From NCBI GenBank assembly GCA_963817915.1, contig CAWFQL010000018.1:1-64000 (forward strand): DNA of 64,000 bases, given 5' to 3'. A program made the translations under genes and the position numbers. The stretch is from an uncultured candidate division Zixibacteria bacterium. Lineage in GTDB: Bacteria; Zixibacteria; MSB-5A5; UBA10806. Under the pieces are notes generated by a model, which was not told the DNA's origin, made no database searches, and was given only the letters and a program-made list of their open reading frames with translations. Shown one piece after another: positions 20,627 to 30,285 of this stretch (its first letter is position 1; the number at the start of each line of letters is the position of its first letter).

Positions 20627-23600
20627 ATGAACCCTCAATTGATTCGAGGGCGTTTTCAGATTATAAAAAAAATAGGCGAGGGCGGAGTTGCCCAAATTTA
20701 CCTTGCTGAAGATAGACTGACCAAAAGAAAAGTCGCCTTAAAGATAGCATTGGCCGACGAACCTATATATATCGATGCGCTAAAACGAGAATATAAATAT
20801 GCCTCGATTCATCGCCATCCGACAATAGTCTCGCCATATTCGCTGCTATACGATAACAATATCCCGATAATAGTCATGCCGTTTATAGATGGCCAATCAT
20901 TATCAGATTTTATATCGCAGGCGGCGGCAAATAATGATAATAAAAATACGGACGAAGTCTTCCGCTCAATTTTATCGCAGATGCTGGAGGTTGCCGCATT
21001 CATACATTATTCCGGATATATTTATGGAGATTTCAAGCCCGACAATTTCATGATCAGAAACAATCCGGAGTCTCAGAATATTTACCCGTCGCTGGCTCTT
21101 TTTGATTTTAACCTCGTATCGAAAATAGGGGAGAATCCATTCAAGAGTGGTACTATCGAATATGTCGCTCCGGAAGTGCTGACAGGTCGTAATCCCGTGG
21201 CGTCTTCTGACCTCTATTCTATAGGCATTACAATGTATGAGCTCATCACGGGCAATTTGCCATATTCATCGAATGAGTATTCAAGCTTGATAAAAGAGAT
21301 CACAGAGGTCCCTCATTTTGACATGTCGAATATCCCGCCACAATTCAGGGATGGGTTAACTTCGCTTTTATCGCTTGATCCTGGTCAACGTCCCCTGAAC
21401 GCCCGCGACGCATCCAGGATTTTTGGTCTGGGCGATGAATTCGATAATATTGTCAATGAGAGAATTGATTATTACTTTTCAAGCGGCATTCCGCCATTCG
21501 CAAAGACATTGCAAAACGGGTTCAATGATTCCTTAAAAAGCGGAAATGGGAAAATATTTATACTGCAAGGCCTGGATTTCAATTCAGCCGCGTCAGAATA
21601 TCTCGCCGTCGAATCAGAGCTATCCAACCATGAGATTGAACGAATTCCATGTTCATATACCAATGACGAAATTGCCGGAATCTTTGATAATATTTCCGAA
21701 AATATCCAAAAAGATCGGAATAATCGGCCTATTATGTTTATTGATAACCTCAACACATTAGATTCCAATAATATTTCAAAATTAAGGGCGCTATTGAGAG
21801 AACCATCTCTATTGCCTGTCGTCTCGGCGAACCTTCGATCCAAATTGAGCGATCTGCCTTATACGGTTATCGATCCTTTGGCAGGGCAGTCATCATCCTC
21901 GCTTGGTAAGGCTATACTCGATTCATATCTAAAACTTGATTCCACAAGCCTTCAAACAGAAGCCCTGACTGAATCCTGCGGCAGCGATCCGATACTCATC
22001 AAAATCTATCTAAAGGACAATATCAGAAATGATAAATATGATATTTTCTTAAAAGAGGGTAACCTTGATCAAAACCTTTGCCCCGAATCTTTGATAGAAA
22101 TCAATAATATCATTGGTCGAAAAGCTGGAATACTTGACGATAGCCAGAAATTATTACTCGCAAGGCTTTCCGCATGGAACGGTACAATTCCCATGATTCT
22201 TCTTACAGACTTCAGCGACACCGATCACGATATTTTGGATAGTCTCATTCAACTGGGTTATCTGGCTCGAAACAAAGAATCGCTCCATTTTTCGTCGGGG
22301 TATTCAAGAGATTACTTTTATCAATCCCTTTCAGATAATAACAGGAAGGCAATCCATCGCTCTTGGGCGAAAGCCTCCGAAATATACCTGGATAGTGAAG
22401 ACGATAAAATTGAATCATGTGCCTATCATTGGGGAGAGGCCGATGACCCCCAAAAATCTTATGATTCCAATCTGCATGCGGCCAGATTTTTCTTTAACAA
22501 GGGTGCATTATCTAAGGCCAGGAAATCCGCCGAAAAATTGCTATCACTGTTAAAGGAAAACATAGGCTCACCGATTGACTCTCTCATGATCTTTGCGGAT
22601 ATCGCTAAGCAGGAGGGGGATTATCAACCTGCCAGAGCAAAATACCTGGAACTGCTGGCTATTCTCCATCATGAAAAGAAAATCGATATCAAGGCCGAAA
22701 CATTCAAAGATATGGGTGATTTATACCGGTCTCTCAAGAAATCATCAAAAGCGCTATATTATACACGCAAAGCTCTCGCCTTATATACCAAATTGAACAA
22801 TATCCAGCAAATAGCCAATTGTCATAATAATATCGGACTCGCCTTTTGGGTAGATGAGCAATATTCAAAAGCGCTGGAATCATTTATGTTAGCCCTTAAA
22901 ATCAATATAGACTTGAAAAATTATAAGGAATCCGCTAAGATCCATTCCAATATCGCTATTATCAAAGATATATCCGGCGCAACCTCTGAAGTCGTTGATC
23001 AATTCGAAACTGCGTTGAAATATTCACAAATGGCTTCGGATCCCTGGCTCGAGGCCTTGATCTCGAACAATCTCGGATTTTTTCATCAGAAAATCGGCGA
23101 ATATAAAAGCGCGATTCCGTACATTGAATATTCACTCCAGCTATCAAGAAAAATCGGATATACTGAAAATACCTTAAATTGCCTTTCCAACTTGGGGCTT
23201 TGCAAACTAAAGACCGGTGAATTATTCAGCGCTATTCAGCATCACCAGGATTGCAGTGAAATGGCGGAAACATTTGGTAATCGTTTTCTTGTGGCCGATT
23301 CAACTCGTCATATCGCCGAGGCGAGTTTGCTGATGGGGAATTATTTATTGGCTGATAAGGCGCTTAGGTCAATCGAAGAAACTAAGATATTCAGGGACAA
23401 TATTCAGCTTAAAATGGATACTGAAATCCTCAGGTGTCAATGGTATTATGCTACGGGAAATTACAAATCAAGTTCCGATACCGTAAATCGAGTCATTTCG
23501 GAGGCAAATCGCATCGGAAATCCCGGAATGAAATTGGAAGCGGAATTGATATTGGCCTCGATAATACTGGAAAATGAGCCTCAAACTATTTTTGAATTGC

Positions 23601-24100
23601 TCAAAACTATCCTGAATGAATCGAATCGGCTGGGTTATGGTGAATTGGGAGATAAAGCAGGGCTTTTAGCCGCGCAGGCATACTTGAAGTCAAATGATTT
23701 CTTTAATGCCGAAGGATGGATCGAAAAAATCCTCTCCAATTCCAAAATCACCAGGAAAAATTATCTCGAAGCCCGATCGATATTTGGCTATTTGAAGTAT
23801 TTGCTTAATAAATTCGATGAGGCTATTGAGATACTTATCGAAAACGAGAGCTCGTCGGCGGGTTCGGGGTATCTGCCATCGGCTCTGAATGCGGCCTTGA
23901 TGCAAATAGAAATTTTTATCGCTTGCGGGAAAATTTCCCGAACCCGGGAATCATTGAACCGCGCCAAAGCCTACGCGGAAAAAATGCTTTCGACACTTCC
24001 CGATGATGTGTCGCTGAAATTCTATCTCAATTCAAAGGCGCTGGTTTATCTTAAAAAAGCGGAAGCAACTGTAGGTGACAAGGAACTTATTCAGATTTAG
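20627..24100 (+). CDS. Ser/Thr protein kinase with degenerate NTPase-like region and TPR repeats
   Basis: GEGG, VALK, YGDFKPDN, DFN, GTIEYVAPE, SDLYSIG; C-terminal NNIG/SNIA/NNLG/SNLG TPR-type repeats. Confidence 0.85.
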   Translation: MNPQLIRGRFQIIKKIGEGGVAQIYLAEDRLTKRKVALKIALADEPIYIDALKREYKYASIHRHPTIVSPYSLLYDNNIPIIVMPFIDGQSLSDFISQAAANNDNKNTDEVFRSILSQMLEVAAFIHYSGYIYGDFKPDNFMIRNNPESQNIYPSLALFDFNLVSKIGENPFKSGTIEYVAPEVLTGRNPVASSDLYSIGITMYELITGNLPYSSNEYSSLIKEITEVPHFDMSNIPPQFRDGLTSLLSLDPGQRPLNARDASRIFGLGDEFDNIVNERIDYYFSSGIPPFAKTLQNGFNDSLKSGNGKIFILQGLDFNSAASEYLAVESELSNHEIERIPCSYTNDEIAGIFDNISENIQKDRNNRPIMFIDNLNTLDSNNISKLRALLREPSLLPVVSANLRSKLSDLPYTVIDPLAGQSSSSLGKAILDSYLKLDSTSLQTEALTESCGSDPILIKIYLKDNIRNDKYDIFLKEGNLDQNLCPESLIEINNIIGRKAGILDDSQKLLLARLSAWNGTIPMILLTDFSDTDHDILDSLIQLGYLARNKESLHFSSGYSRDYFYQSLSDNNRKAIHRSWAKASEIYLDSEDDKIESCAYHWGEADDPQKSYDSNLHAARFFFNKGALSKARKSAEKLLSLLKENIGSPIDSLMIFADIAKQEGDYQPARAKYLELLAILHHEKKIDIKAETFKDMGDLYRSLKKSSKALYYTRKALALYTKLNNIQQIANCHNNIGLAFWVDEQYSKALESFMLALKINIDLKNYKESAKIHSNIAIIKDISGATSEVVDQFETALKYSQMASDPWLEALISNNLGFFHQKIGEYKSAIPYIEYSLQLSRKIGYTENTLNCLSNLGLCKLKTGELFSAIQHHQDCSEMAETFGNRFLVADSTRHIAEASLLMGNYLLADKALRSIEETKIFRDNIQLKMDTEILRCQWYYATGNYKSSSDTVNRVISEANRIGNPGMKLEAELILASIILENEPQTIFELLKTILNESNRLGYGELGDKAGLLAAQAYLKSNDFFNAEGWIEKILSNSKITRKNYLEARSIFGYLKYLLNKFDEAIEILIENESSSAGSGYLPSALNAALMQIEIFIACGKISRTRESLNRAKAYAEKMLSTLPDDVSLKFYLNSKALVYLKKAEATVGDKELIQI

Positions 24101-24115
24101 GAATGGATCGTCTCT

Positions 24116-24143
24116 AAAAAAAGGGGCCGCTCGTGGCGGCCCG
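24116..24143 (-). terminator. rho-independent terminator of the small peptide gene
   Basis: Minus strand GGGCCGC-cacga-GCGGCCC followed by C and a T7 tract. Confidence 0.8.
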
Positions 24144-24167
24144 CAAACAGAACTAATTGGAAGTGGC

Positions 24168-24245
24168 TCAGGAACCTGCTCCAATGTACCCGGATGGGAC
24201 GATCCTTTCCTCTAGTTCTTCGATTTCAAGGATAAGATCTGCCAT
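24168..24245 (-). CDS. 25-aa peptide MADLILEIEELEERIVPSGYIGAGS (RiPP-precursor/signal-peptide-like)
   Basis: AAGGAGGTG RBS just before ATG, TGA stop, dedicated terminator, upstream TTGACA (24373-24368). Confidence 0.75.
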   Translation of the reverse strand: MADLILEIEELEERIVPSGYIGAGS

Positions 24246-24533
24246 GCTTCACCTCCTTTGGGAGAATCATTAAGGATATGGTAATTGAAAGCCCCTTCAT
24301 AGGGCAATTGCAATTAGCATCCTATCATCTTTCCGCTGCGTTCAAATAAAACCAACATATCCATGATTGTCAAGTTAAAAATAACGAATGTAACGTATGG
24401 TTTACATGTGTAATTAAAATGAATTATTAATATATTACCTTTTCTTTATTCCGCCCATATTGTTTCCGTGAGCATAAGATTGAACCCGCTTCGCCGCCCC
24501 ACAAATATTGATATTTTTTTCTTAAAAAAAGTC

Positions 24534-24561
24534 TTGACAGCCAATTTATTTGGCCTATATT
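24534..24561 (+). promoter_or_regulatory. sigma70-type promoter candidate for the cohesin/dockerin cluster
   Basis: TTGACA-16-TATATT preceded by an A-tract. Confidence 0.5.
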
Positions 24562-24569
24562 TACACTTG

Positions 24570-24830
24570 CCTAATGTAGCACCGCGATGACTTAAAAAGT
24601 CGTACACTTCTTTGCGGTAGCAGGTCACTTAAAGAAAACTCAACAACGTTGAGGTAAAAGCCAGACGATGGGCATCACTGCCAACATGCATAAAGGTGAT
24701 TAGCATCAAGAATCCTGGCATTCTATAATCAAGAGTCAACACATTGATCGACCGAGAAATGACGTCTTTGAACCGACAATCCAATCTTAAGAGGTTTAAA
24801 GCAAGCGATCCGACAAGGAGCGTTATTTAA
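24570..24830 (+). ncRNA. putative structured RNA / long 5' leader (unassigned)
   Basis: Several nested inverted repeats directly after the promoter candidate; no known family recognised. Confidence 0.3.
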
Positions 24831-25004
24831 CAAAATCTTTTTTGGCAAGCATTGTTTTCAAATATCCCAAAGCGTAATTGACAATAAACCAATAATCGGG
24901 GATGCAGTGAGAAGCAAAATGATTATTAGGCCAATGACCAAAAGCGCCGCGCATAAGCGCCAATCGAAAAAAAGCATTATCCTTATAAGGGGGAATTTAT
25001 AGTA

Positions 25005-25754
25005 ATGAAAAAGTCCATCATGACTTTATCGTTTGTGGTTTTGATGGTTGTGGCAAATGCCGGATTGGCGTTAAGTGATCCTTGTGATGTTATTTTGGCA
25101 GTCAGCGGGGCAACTGTAAATCCTTGTGAACCCCGAAGAGTAAATCTACCAGTTTATATAGTTAACCCATGCAGCGTCGGCGGATTTACGATCGACATTG
25201 CCGTTCCTGATTCGGGGTGGATAGCATTTAATCCCGATGATACCCTTGCGGCCGATACTATCGGAAGCCGCATCAGCGATTGGGATTATTTTCATTTTTC
25301 CGTCTTTGACCATTCCCCCGGACATATTCGCGTAATGGGCGTGGCCAATCTCGATTCAGTTCCTAATTACCTTCCCCCGGGAAACGGTTTATTATGTACT
25401 CTTCACCTCGATTTTAACAATTACTTTGTCACCGACACCTGTCAGATGCTTAACTTCGAGAGGGGAAATGTTTCGGATCCAACCGGGTATATTTTATATA
25501 ATGATACTTTGGAGGAAAACCAGCTCTGTATTCGGGCGTGTCCCTGCGAAGGAATTAGAGGCGACGCAAATTGCAGCGCCGCTCTAAATGGTCTTGACGT
25601 TATCTTCCTGGTTGCTTATTTTAGAGGCGGTCCTTCTTATTGCGGCCTTTGCGGCGGCGATGCCAACAATTCGGGCAATGTAAATGGAATTGATGTGACA
25701 TTTCTTGTTAATTATTTCAAAGGCGGCCCAGGTCCTGTGGGATGCCAATATTAA
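25005..25754 (+). CDS. secreted cohesin-like + C-terminal dockerin protein
   Basis: Signal peptide; LPVYI..VGGFTI..SDPTGY; GDANCSAALNGLDV / GDANNSGNVNGIDV. Confidence 0.8.
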   Translation: MKKSIMTLSFVVLMVVANAGLALSDPCDVILAVSGATVNPCEPRRVNLPVYIVNPCSVGGFTIDIAVPDSGWIAFNPDDTLAADTIGSRISDWDYFHFSVFDHSPGHIRVMGVANLDSVPNYLPPGNGLLCTLHLDFNNYFVTDTCQMLNFERGNVSDPTGYILYNDTLEENQLCIRACPCEGIRGDANCSAALNGLDVIFLVAYFRGGPSYCGLCGGDANNSGNVNGIDVTFLVNYFKGGPGPVGCQY

Positions 25755-25946
25755 GAAAGCTTTGGTATAATGATTATTTTTTATTTTGATAATCCTGATT
25801 TCCTTGAAGGAGGTGAGAAACCAAAGAGAAGAAACTTCATAGAGGGGTTCTAGGTGAAAAACGTGGAAACGGAATTCTACGTGTGGCTTTTACTAAGGAG
25901 TATTTAACTCTAAACGCCCATGCAATGTTTTAAGGAGTAAAAAAGT

Positions 25947-28150
25947 ATGAAGAAATTGTTGCTGTTGACATTAGCGCTTTGCTTGACATTCGGTCTGGCT
26001 ATGGCTCAAGATCCGGCGTAGCCGATTCCTTGTGCTTTGGCAATCCGGCCGCAACTGAAATGAATGTAGGCATTAACGCTTCAATCTCAGTTCCAGTATT
26101 TGTTTGGACAGATGATGATATCGATTTCCTTCACATGCCATTGGCTTCAGATAATGCTATCATCGTTTCCCGTGACAACCCGGTTGGCCCGACCAACTTT
26201 GGCTATCCGTTGAATCAATGGGCAGTCCATACCTTCTTGGCATCAGAAGCCAATAGCGGAAACCGTACCAACCAGTCAATCCTCGGATTCATGGATACCG
26301 GCTCCGGCCCGATTCTTCCAATGAATACCGGTGGCGCTTGGTTACAAGTCGCAACATTCCTTATGCACACTGATACTGCCACTTCCTTAATTGGCACGAC
26401 AGTTTGCCCGTTCACCGAAGGTACCAATGGTGCTAATGGTGGACAGCTTTGGGGTATCGGCGGAACCATTAACGTGTTCCCAGTAACCCGTTACACCTGC
26501 TTGTTCTTCAGCCCAAACCAAGCCCCGACCTTCACTGATTGCCCAGCAACAGTGAATAGCAATGGCTCACCAGTATCAGTGGCTATCACCGGTACCGATG
26601 TCGACGCACTCGATAACGTTACATTAGCCCAGATCTCCGGTCCTGGCGCCTTCACAGTGACTGCTGACGGCACAGACCGCCCAGTCTCCGGCACATGGAC
26701 ATATACACCTCCAATAGGCCCAGGCTCTTATGTTGCTACATTCGTAATTAGCGACGGCTTAGCCGCGGATACCTGCGAAGTCACACTCGTCGTGACCCCT
26801 GGCGATCTCGGCACAAACCCAGCTCTTGGTATCGGTTATGTTCCAGGACAGTGCATTGGAGCAGTTCCAGGCGCCGATGTATGGGTTCCGATCAGCCTCA
26901 CTTCCGAAGGCTATTGCGGTGGTGTTGATATTCTTATTCAAACCGACCCGACCGTATTGACCGCTTTCGAAGTAGTCTACACAGGCCGTCTCAATGGCGG
27001 AAGCGAATATCATCAGTGGACACACAACGCTGAAGGCCAGGGCACAGACAGGATCGTCTGGGCGGCCAATATGCCAGATGGCAATTACACTCCTCCAGCG
27101 CTTCCTGGCGATGGCCCGATTCTCTGGATTCATTATCAAGTTGCAGCAGGCGACTTCCTATTTGATACCGAAGTGCCGATCAACTTTGATAGCACCGATT
27201 TCAGAGACAACACCATTTCCGACGAAACAGGTTTCGAATTTGTTCGTCCTCCGCTCTCCAATGGTTGCGTTCACATTCAGAATCCCGCTTCCTTTAAGGG
27301 TGACCCGAACATGAACTGCCAGCTTTATGAAATCGCGGATGCGGTTCTCGTAGCTCGCAGACTCATCGAAGGCGTCTCTGCTTGGAACGGTGACGAAGCA
27401 CTACCGAACGTTGGCGGTTGCAACAGACACTATGTTGGCAATAATGCCGTTCAGGAAGCTTCTGCTGATCTTAATAACAACCATTACGTTGACGTCGCAG
27501 ACTTAGTCCGCTTCATCAACATTCTTAATGGCACCGTTGAGCCCCCACCTGCTAAGATTAACCCGGGTGACTACAATGTTTCCATCGCCATGGACAACAA
27601 TGCCGTGAAGATCAATTCCAGCATCGAAATCGGTGGCGTGCTTGTTCAGATCAACCATACCGGAACAATCGAAGCCCCAGTAGCAGCTAATGGCATGCAG
27701 ATCATGTCAAATGATGCTAATGGCGTTCTTTCCGTACTGGTTTATTCAATTGAAGGCAAGAGAGTTGCAGCTGGTACCCAGACATTGTTCACAATCGCCG
27801 GTGAAGGCATGACCCTCGGTCAAGTTTCTTCTTCTGACTCATACGGCACATTGCTGCCGACAGCAGTAAGAGAAATCGCCCCAGTTCCGACAACTTTCTC
27901 AGTTTCGCAGAACTATCCGAATCCGTTCAATGCTCAAACCCGCATTAACTTTGCTATACCGCAGAGTGGCGATGTTGCAATCAACATCTACAGCATTACC
28001 GGACAGTTGGTCGAGACATTAGGTGGTAATTATGCCGCCGGTTCGTATTCCATTATGTGGGATGCGTCCAAGGTTGCTTCTGGCGTATACTTCTACAAAG
28101 TGAATGCCGGCAGCTACAGCCAGACAATGAAGATGACCTTGTTGAAGTAA
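25947..28150 (+). CDS. secreted modular protein: N-domain, Ig, cohesin-like, internal dockerin, sorting CTD (frameshift at ~26014)
   Basis: AAGGAG RBS + MKKLLLLTLALCLTFGLAMAQDP joins the long ORF at GVADS with one added base; GDPNMN / ADLNNN; NYPNPFN...MTLLK. Confidence 0.8.
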
Positions 28151-28175
28151 TTCAACATAGCTTCTTCGAATTGCG

Positions 28176-28205
28176 GGATAAGAGAGGGTTCGCCCTCTCT
28201 TATCC
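28176..28205 (+). terminator. strong stem-loop after the 25947 gene
   Basis: GGATAAGAGAGGG-TTCG-CCCTCTCTTATCC, 13 bp perfect stem, weak U tail. Confidence 0.65.
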
Positions 28206-28524
28206 TCTAATTAGGAACCATTAAAACCAAGAAAGAGAGAGGGGGTGGTTGACGGGAAGTGTGCAAAAAATTTGTTAAATGTTGCAGGAGTAGTATGTGA
28301 TTTTTAAATTATGTCTTATTTTAGTAGTTTCTCAAATATCTCAATTCCACTATCTATCAAACCAAAATTTTATTATATTTTGTAGGTATGATGTCTGATA
28401 AGGGCTTAATAGTCAACTTTTTGCAATTAACCGAGTTATGTATAATAGGGCACATATTTTGCTTCATTTCGGTAGTGGTGGTTCTATGTCTAATTTGATT
28501 GAAAATTTCTTTCGAAGGGGGTCT

Positions 28525-29370
28525 ATGCCTAAGTCCCGGTTGGTATTAACGATATTGACTTTTGCCATATTGGCTGTTTCCGCTATTGCTCAAACACCTG
28601 ATAGCCTGATAATCTCCAGCATGGCGATCCCGCCTGGCGATTCAAACATAGTGCCGATTTATCTCTCGAACCATAATTTCTCCGTCGGCGGATTCTCGCT
28701 TAGAGTTATTCTTAAAGACTCGCTTTATACCTCAATCAGCAGGATTGAAAGAGGCAGCGCCGCCGCCAATTTCGACTATTTTAATGTAAGAGTGTCACGG
28801 GGAGTCTGCAAAATTGTAGCGATTGCCAATATGCCAGGAGGCGGCGATCCGCCCCCCCTGCCCTTGGGAATTCATGAAATTGTCAAGATGCATATAGTAG
28901 TGGGAAATGACGCACCTTGGGGCGCGTGGGATTCTCTTCTTTTTAGGGAAGATTCTATTCCCCCCTATACTGATAACGCAATATCTGACAGCACGGGTTA
29001 TATATATACGATTCCAGTTTTCAAAAACGGTAAAGTCCTGTTCGACGTTTTCAGTGGGGTTGGTGAAAATCCTGCCAGCCTTCCCCGTCAAATCGAGCTT
29101 TCACAAAATTATCCAAATCCTTTCAACGCCGAAACGACGATCAAGTTTGTTTTGCCTTTTGATTCCAATGATATTTCGCTGAATATCTATGACCTTCTCG
29201 GGAGAGAAATCAGGAAATATCAATGGAATGGGCTTTCGGCCGGCGCCCATAATGTAATTTGGAACGGCAAAAATTATGACAACTCACCGGTAGCGTCGGG
29301 CGTTTATTTTTACCGTTTGACCGCCCCAGATTATCATAGCGATGCGATGAGAATGACTCTTTTGAAATAA
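28525..29370 (+). CDS. secreted single cohesin-like domain + sorting CTD
   Basis: Signal peptide from ATG 28525; VPIYL..VGGFSL..DNAISDSTGY; NYPNPFN...MTLLK. Confidence 0.8.
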   Translation: MPKSRLVLTILTFAILAVSAIAQTPDSLIISSMAIPPGDSNIVPIYLSNHNFSVGGFSLRVILKDSLYTSISRIERGSAAANFDYFNVRVSRGVCKIVAIANMPGGGDPPPLPLGIHEIVKMHIVVGNDAPWGAWDSLLFREDSIPPYTDNAISDSTGYIYTIPVFKNGKVLFDVFSGVGENPASLPRQIELSQNYPNPFNAETTIKFVLPFDSNDISLNIYDLLGREIRKYQWNGLSAGAHNVIWNGKNYDNSPVASGVYFYRLTAPDYHSDAMRMTLLK

Positions 29371-29405
29371 TTTTTAATTCAATGATAATGATGTAAAGAA
29401 TAATA

Positions 29406-30272
29406 TTGAAGAATTTATTAAACAAAATTGGAGGAATAAAACTGCGGATACAGCTATTCGTTGTAATTATATTGGTGTTTGTTTTCCTTGCCGGAACAAG
29501 TGTCAACGCTCAGTATTTTTCTAATGCTGACACTCTCAAAATTTTATCATCGAATGTTTCCGGCGGAGATACTCTTACTTTGCCCATATATTTGGCGAAT
29601 TCCTTTGCTGTAGGCGCATTCTTTCTTCGAATCAGCTTCGATAGCGCTGGTTTTGTGCCGATTTCCGCGTCATTGACAGAGAGATCAGCGCAATTTGATT
29701 TGAATGGCTCGAATTTTTCAGTACCGGGAATAGTCAGAATTTTGGGATCTTCATGGGATCCTTTGAATCACGCGATTCAAATTGGCTCTGGCCCTATAGA
29801 AATTGTTAAATTCCTGGTTTCGCAGAATATTGCTCCGGGTATTTACGATTTTCGTCTCCAAGATACTGATTCTACATCCTACGAGAATTCACTAGCCAAC
29901 TCCATAGGCGATTCGCTCGTAATCCCTATACTTATTCATGGCCAGATTCAGGTAAATTCGACCGGAATTGAAGGTGAGATTCCATCGCCCATTAATTTTG
30001 AGCTTTCTCAAAATTACCCCAATCCATTCAATAATGAAACCAGCCTTTCATTTAATCTAAAGGAATCAGCGACGGTCGATCTAACCGTTTATGATGTTCT
30101 TGGAAAATCGGTTAGGCGGCTTTTCAATGGATTAGCCCCGGCCGGTAGAATGCAATTACATTGGAATGGCATAAGTGACGACGGCGCATATGTAGCGTCG
30201 GGTATCTATTTTTATAAGTTAGAAATAATCGGGGGGAATTCTGTAACTAAGAGTATGACGCTCTTAAAATAA
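29406..30272 (+). CDS. secreted single cohesin-like domain + sorting CTD
   Basis: LPIYL..VGAFFLRISFD; NYPNPFN...MTLLK; exact start uncertain. Confidence 0.8.
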   Translation: MKNLLNKIGGIKLRIQLFVVIILVFVFLAGTSVNAQYFSNADTLKILSSNVSGGDTLTLPIYLANSFAVGAFFLRISFDSAGFVPISASLTERSAQFDLNGSNFSVPGIVRILGSSWDPLNHAIQIGSGPIEIVKFLVSQNIAPGIYDFRLQDTDSTSYENSLANSIGDSLVIPILIHGQIQVNSTGIEGEIPSPINFELSQNYPNPFNNETSLSFNLKESATVDLTVYDVLGKSVRRLFNGLAPAGRMQLHWNGISDDGAYVASGIYFYKLEIIGGNSVTKSMTLLK

Positions 30273-30285
30273 AGAGGCCATCGTT

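Noticed and set aside
24303..24325. sigma54 promoter for the small peptide
   Set aside because: GG-to-GC spacing on the minus strand is 9 nt rather than the required 10
24570..24830. Known riboswitch (c-di-GMP, cobalamin), tmRNA, RNase P or 6S RNA
   Set aside because: I could not find the signature sequences of these families by eye
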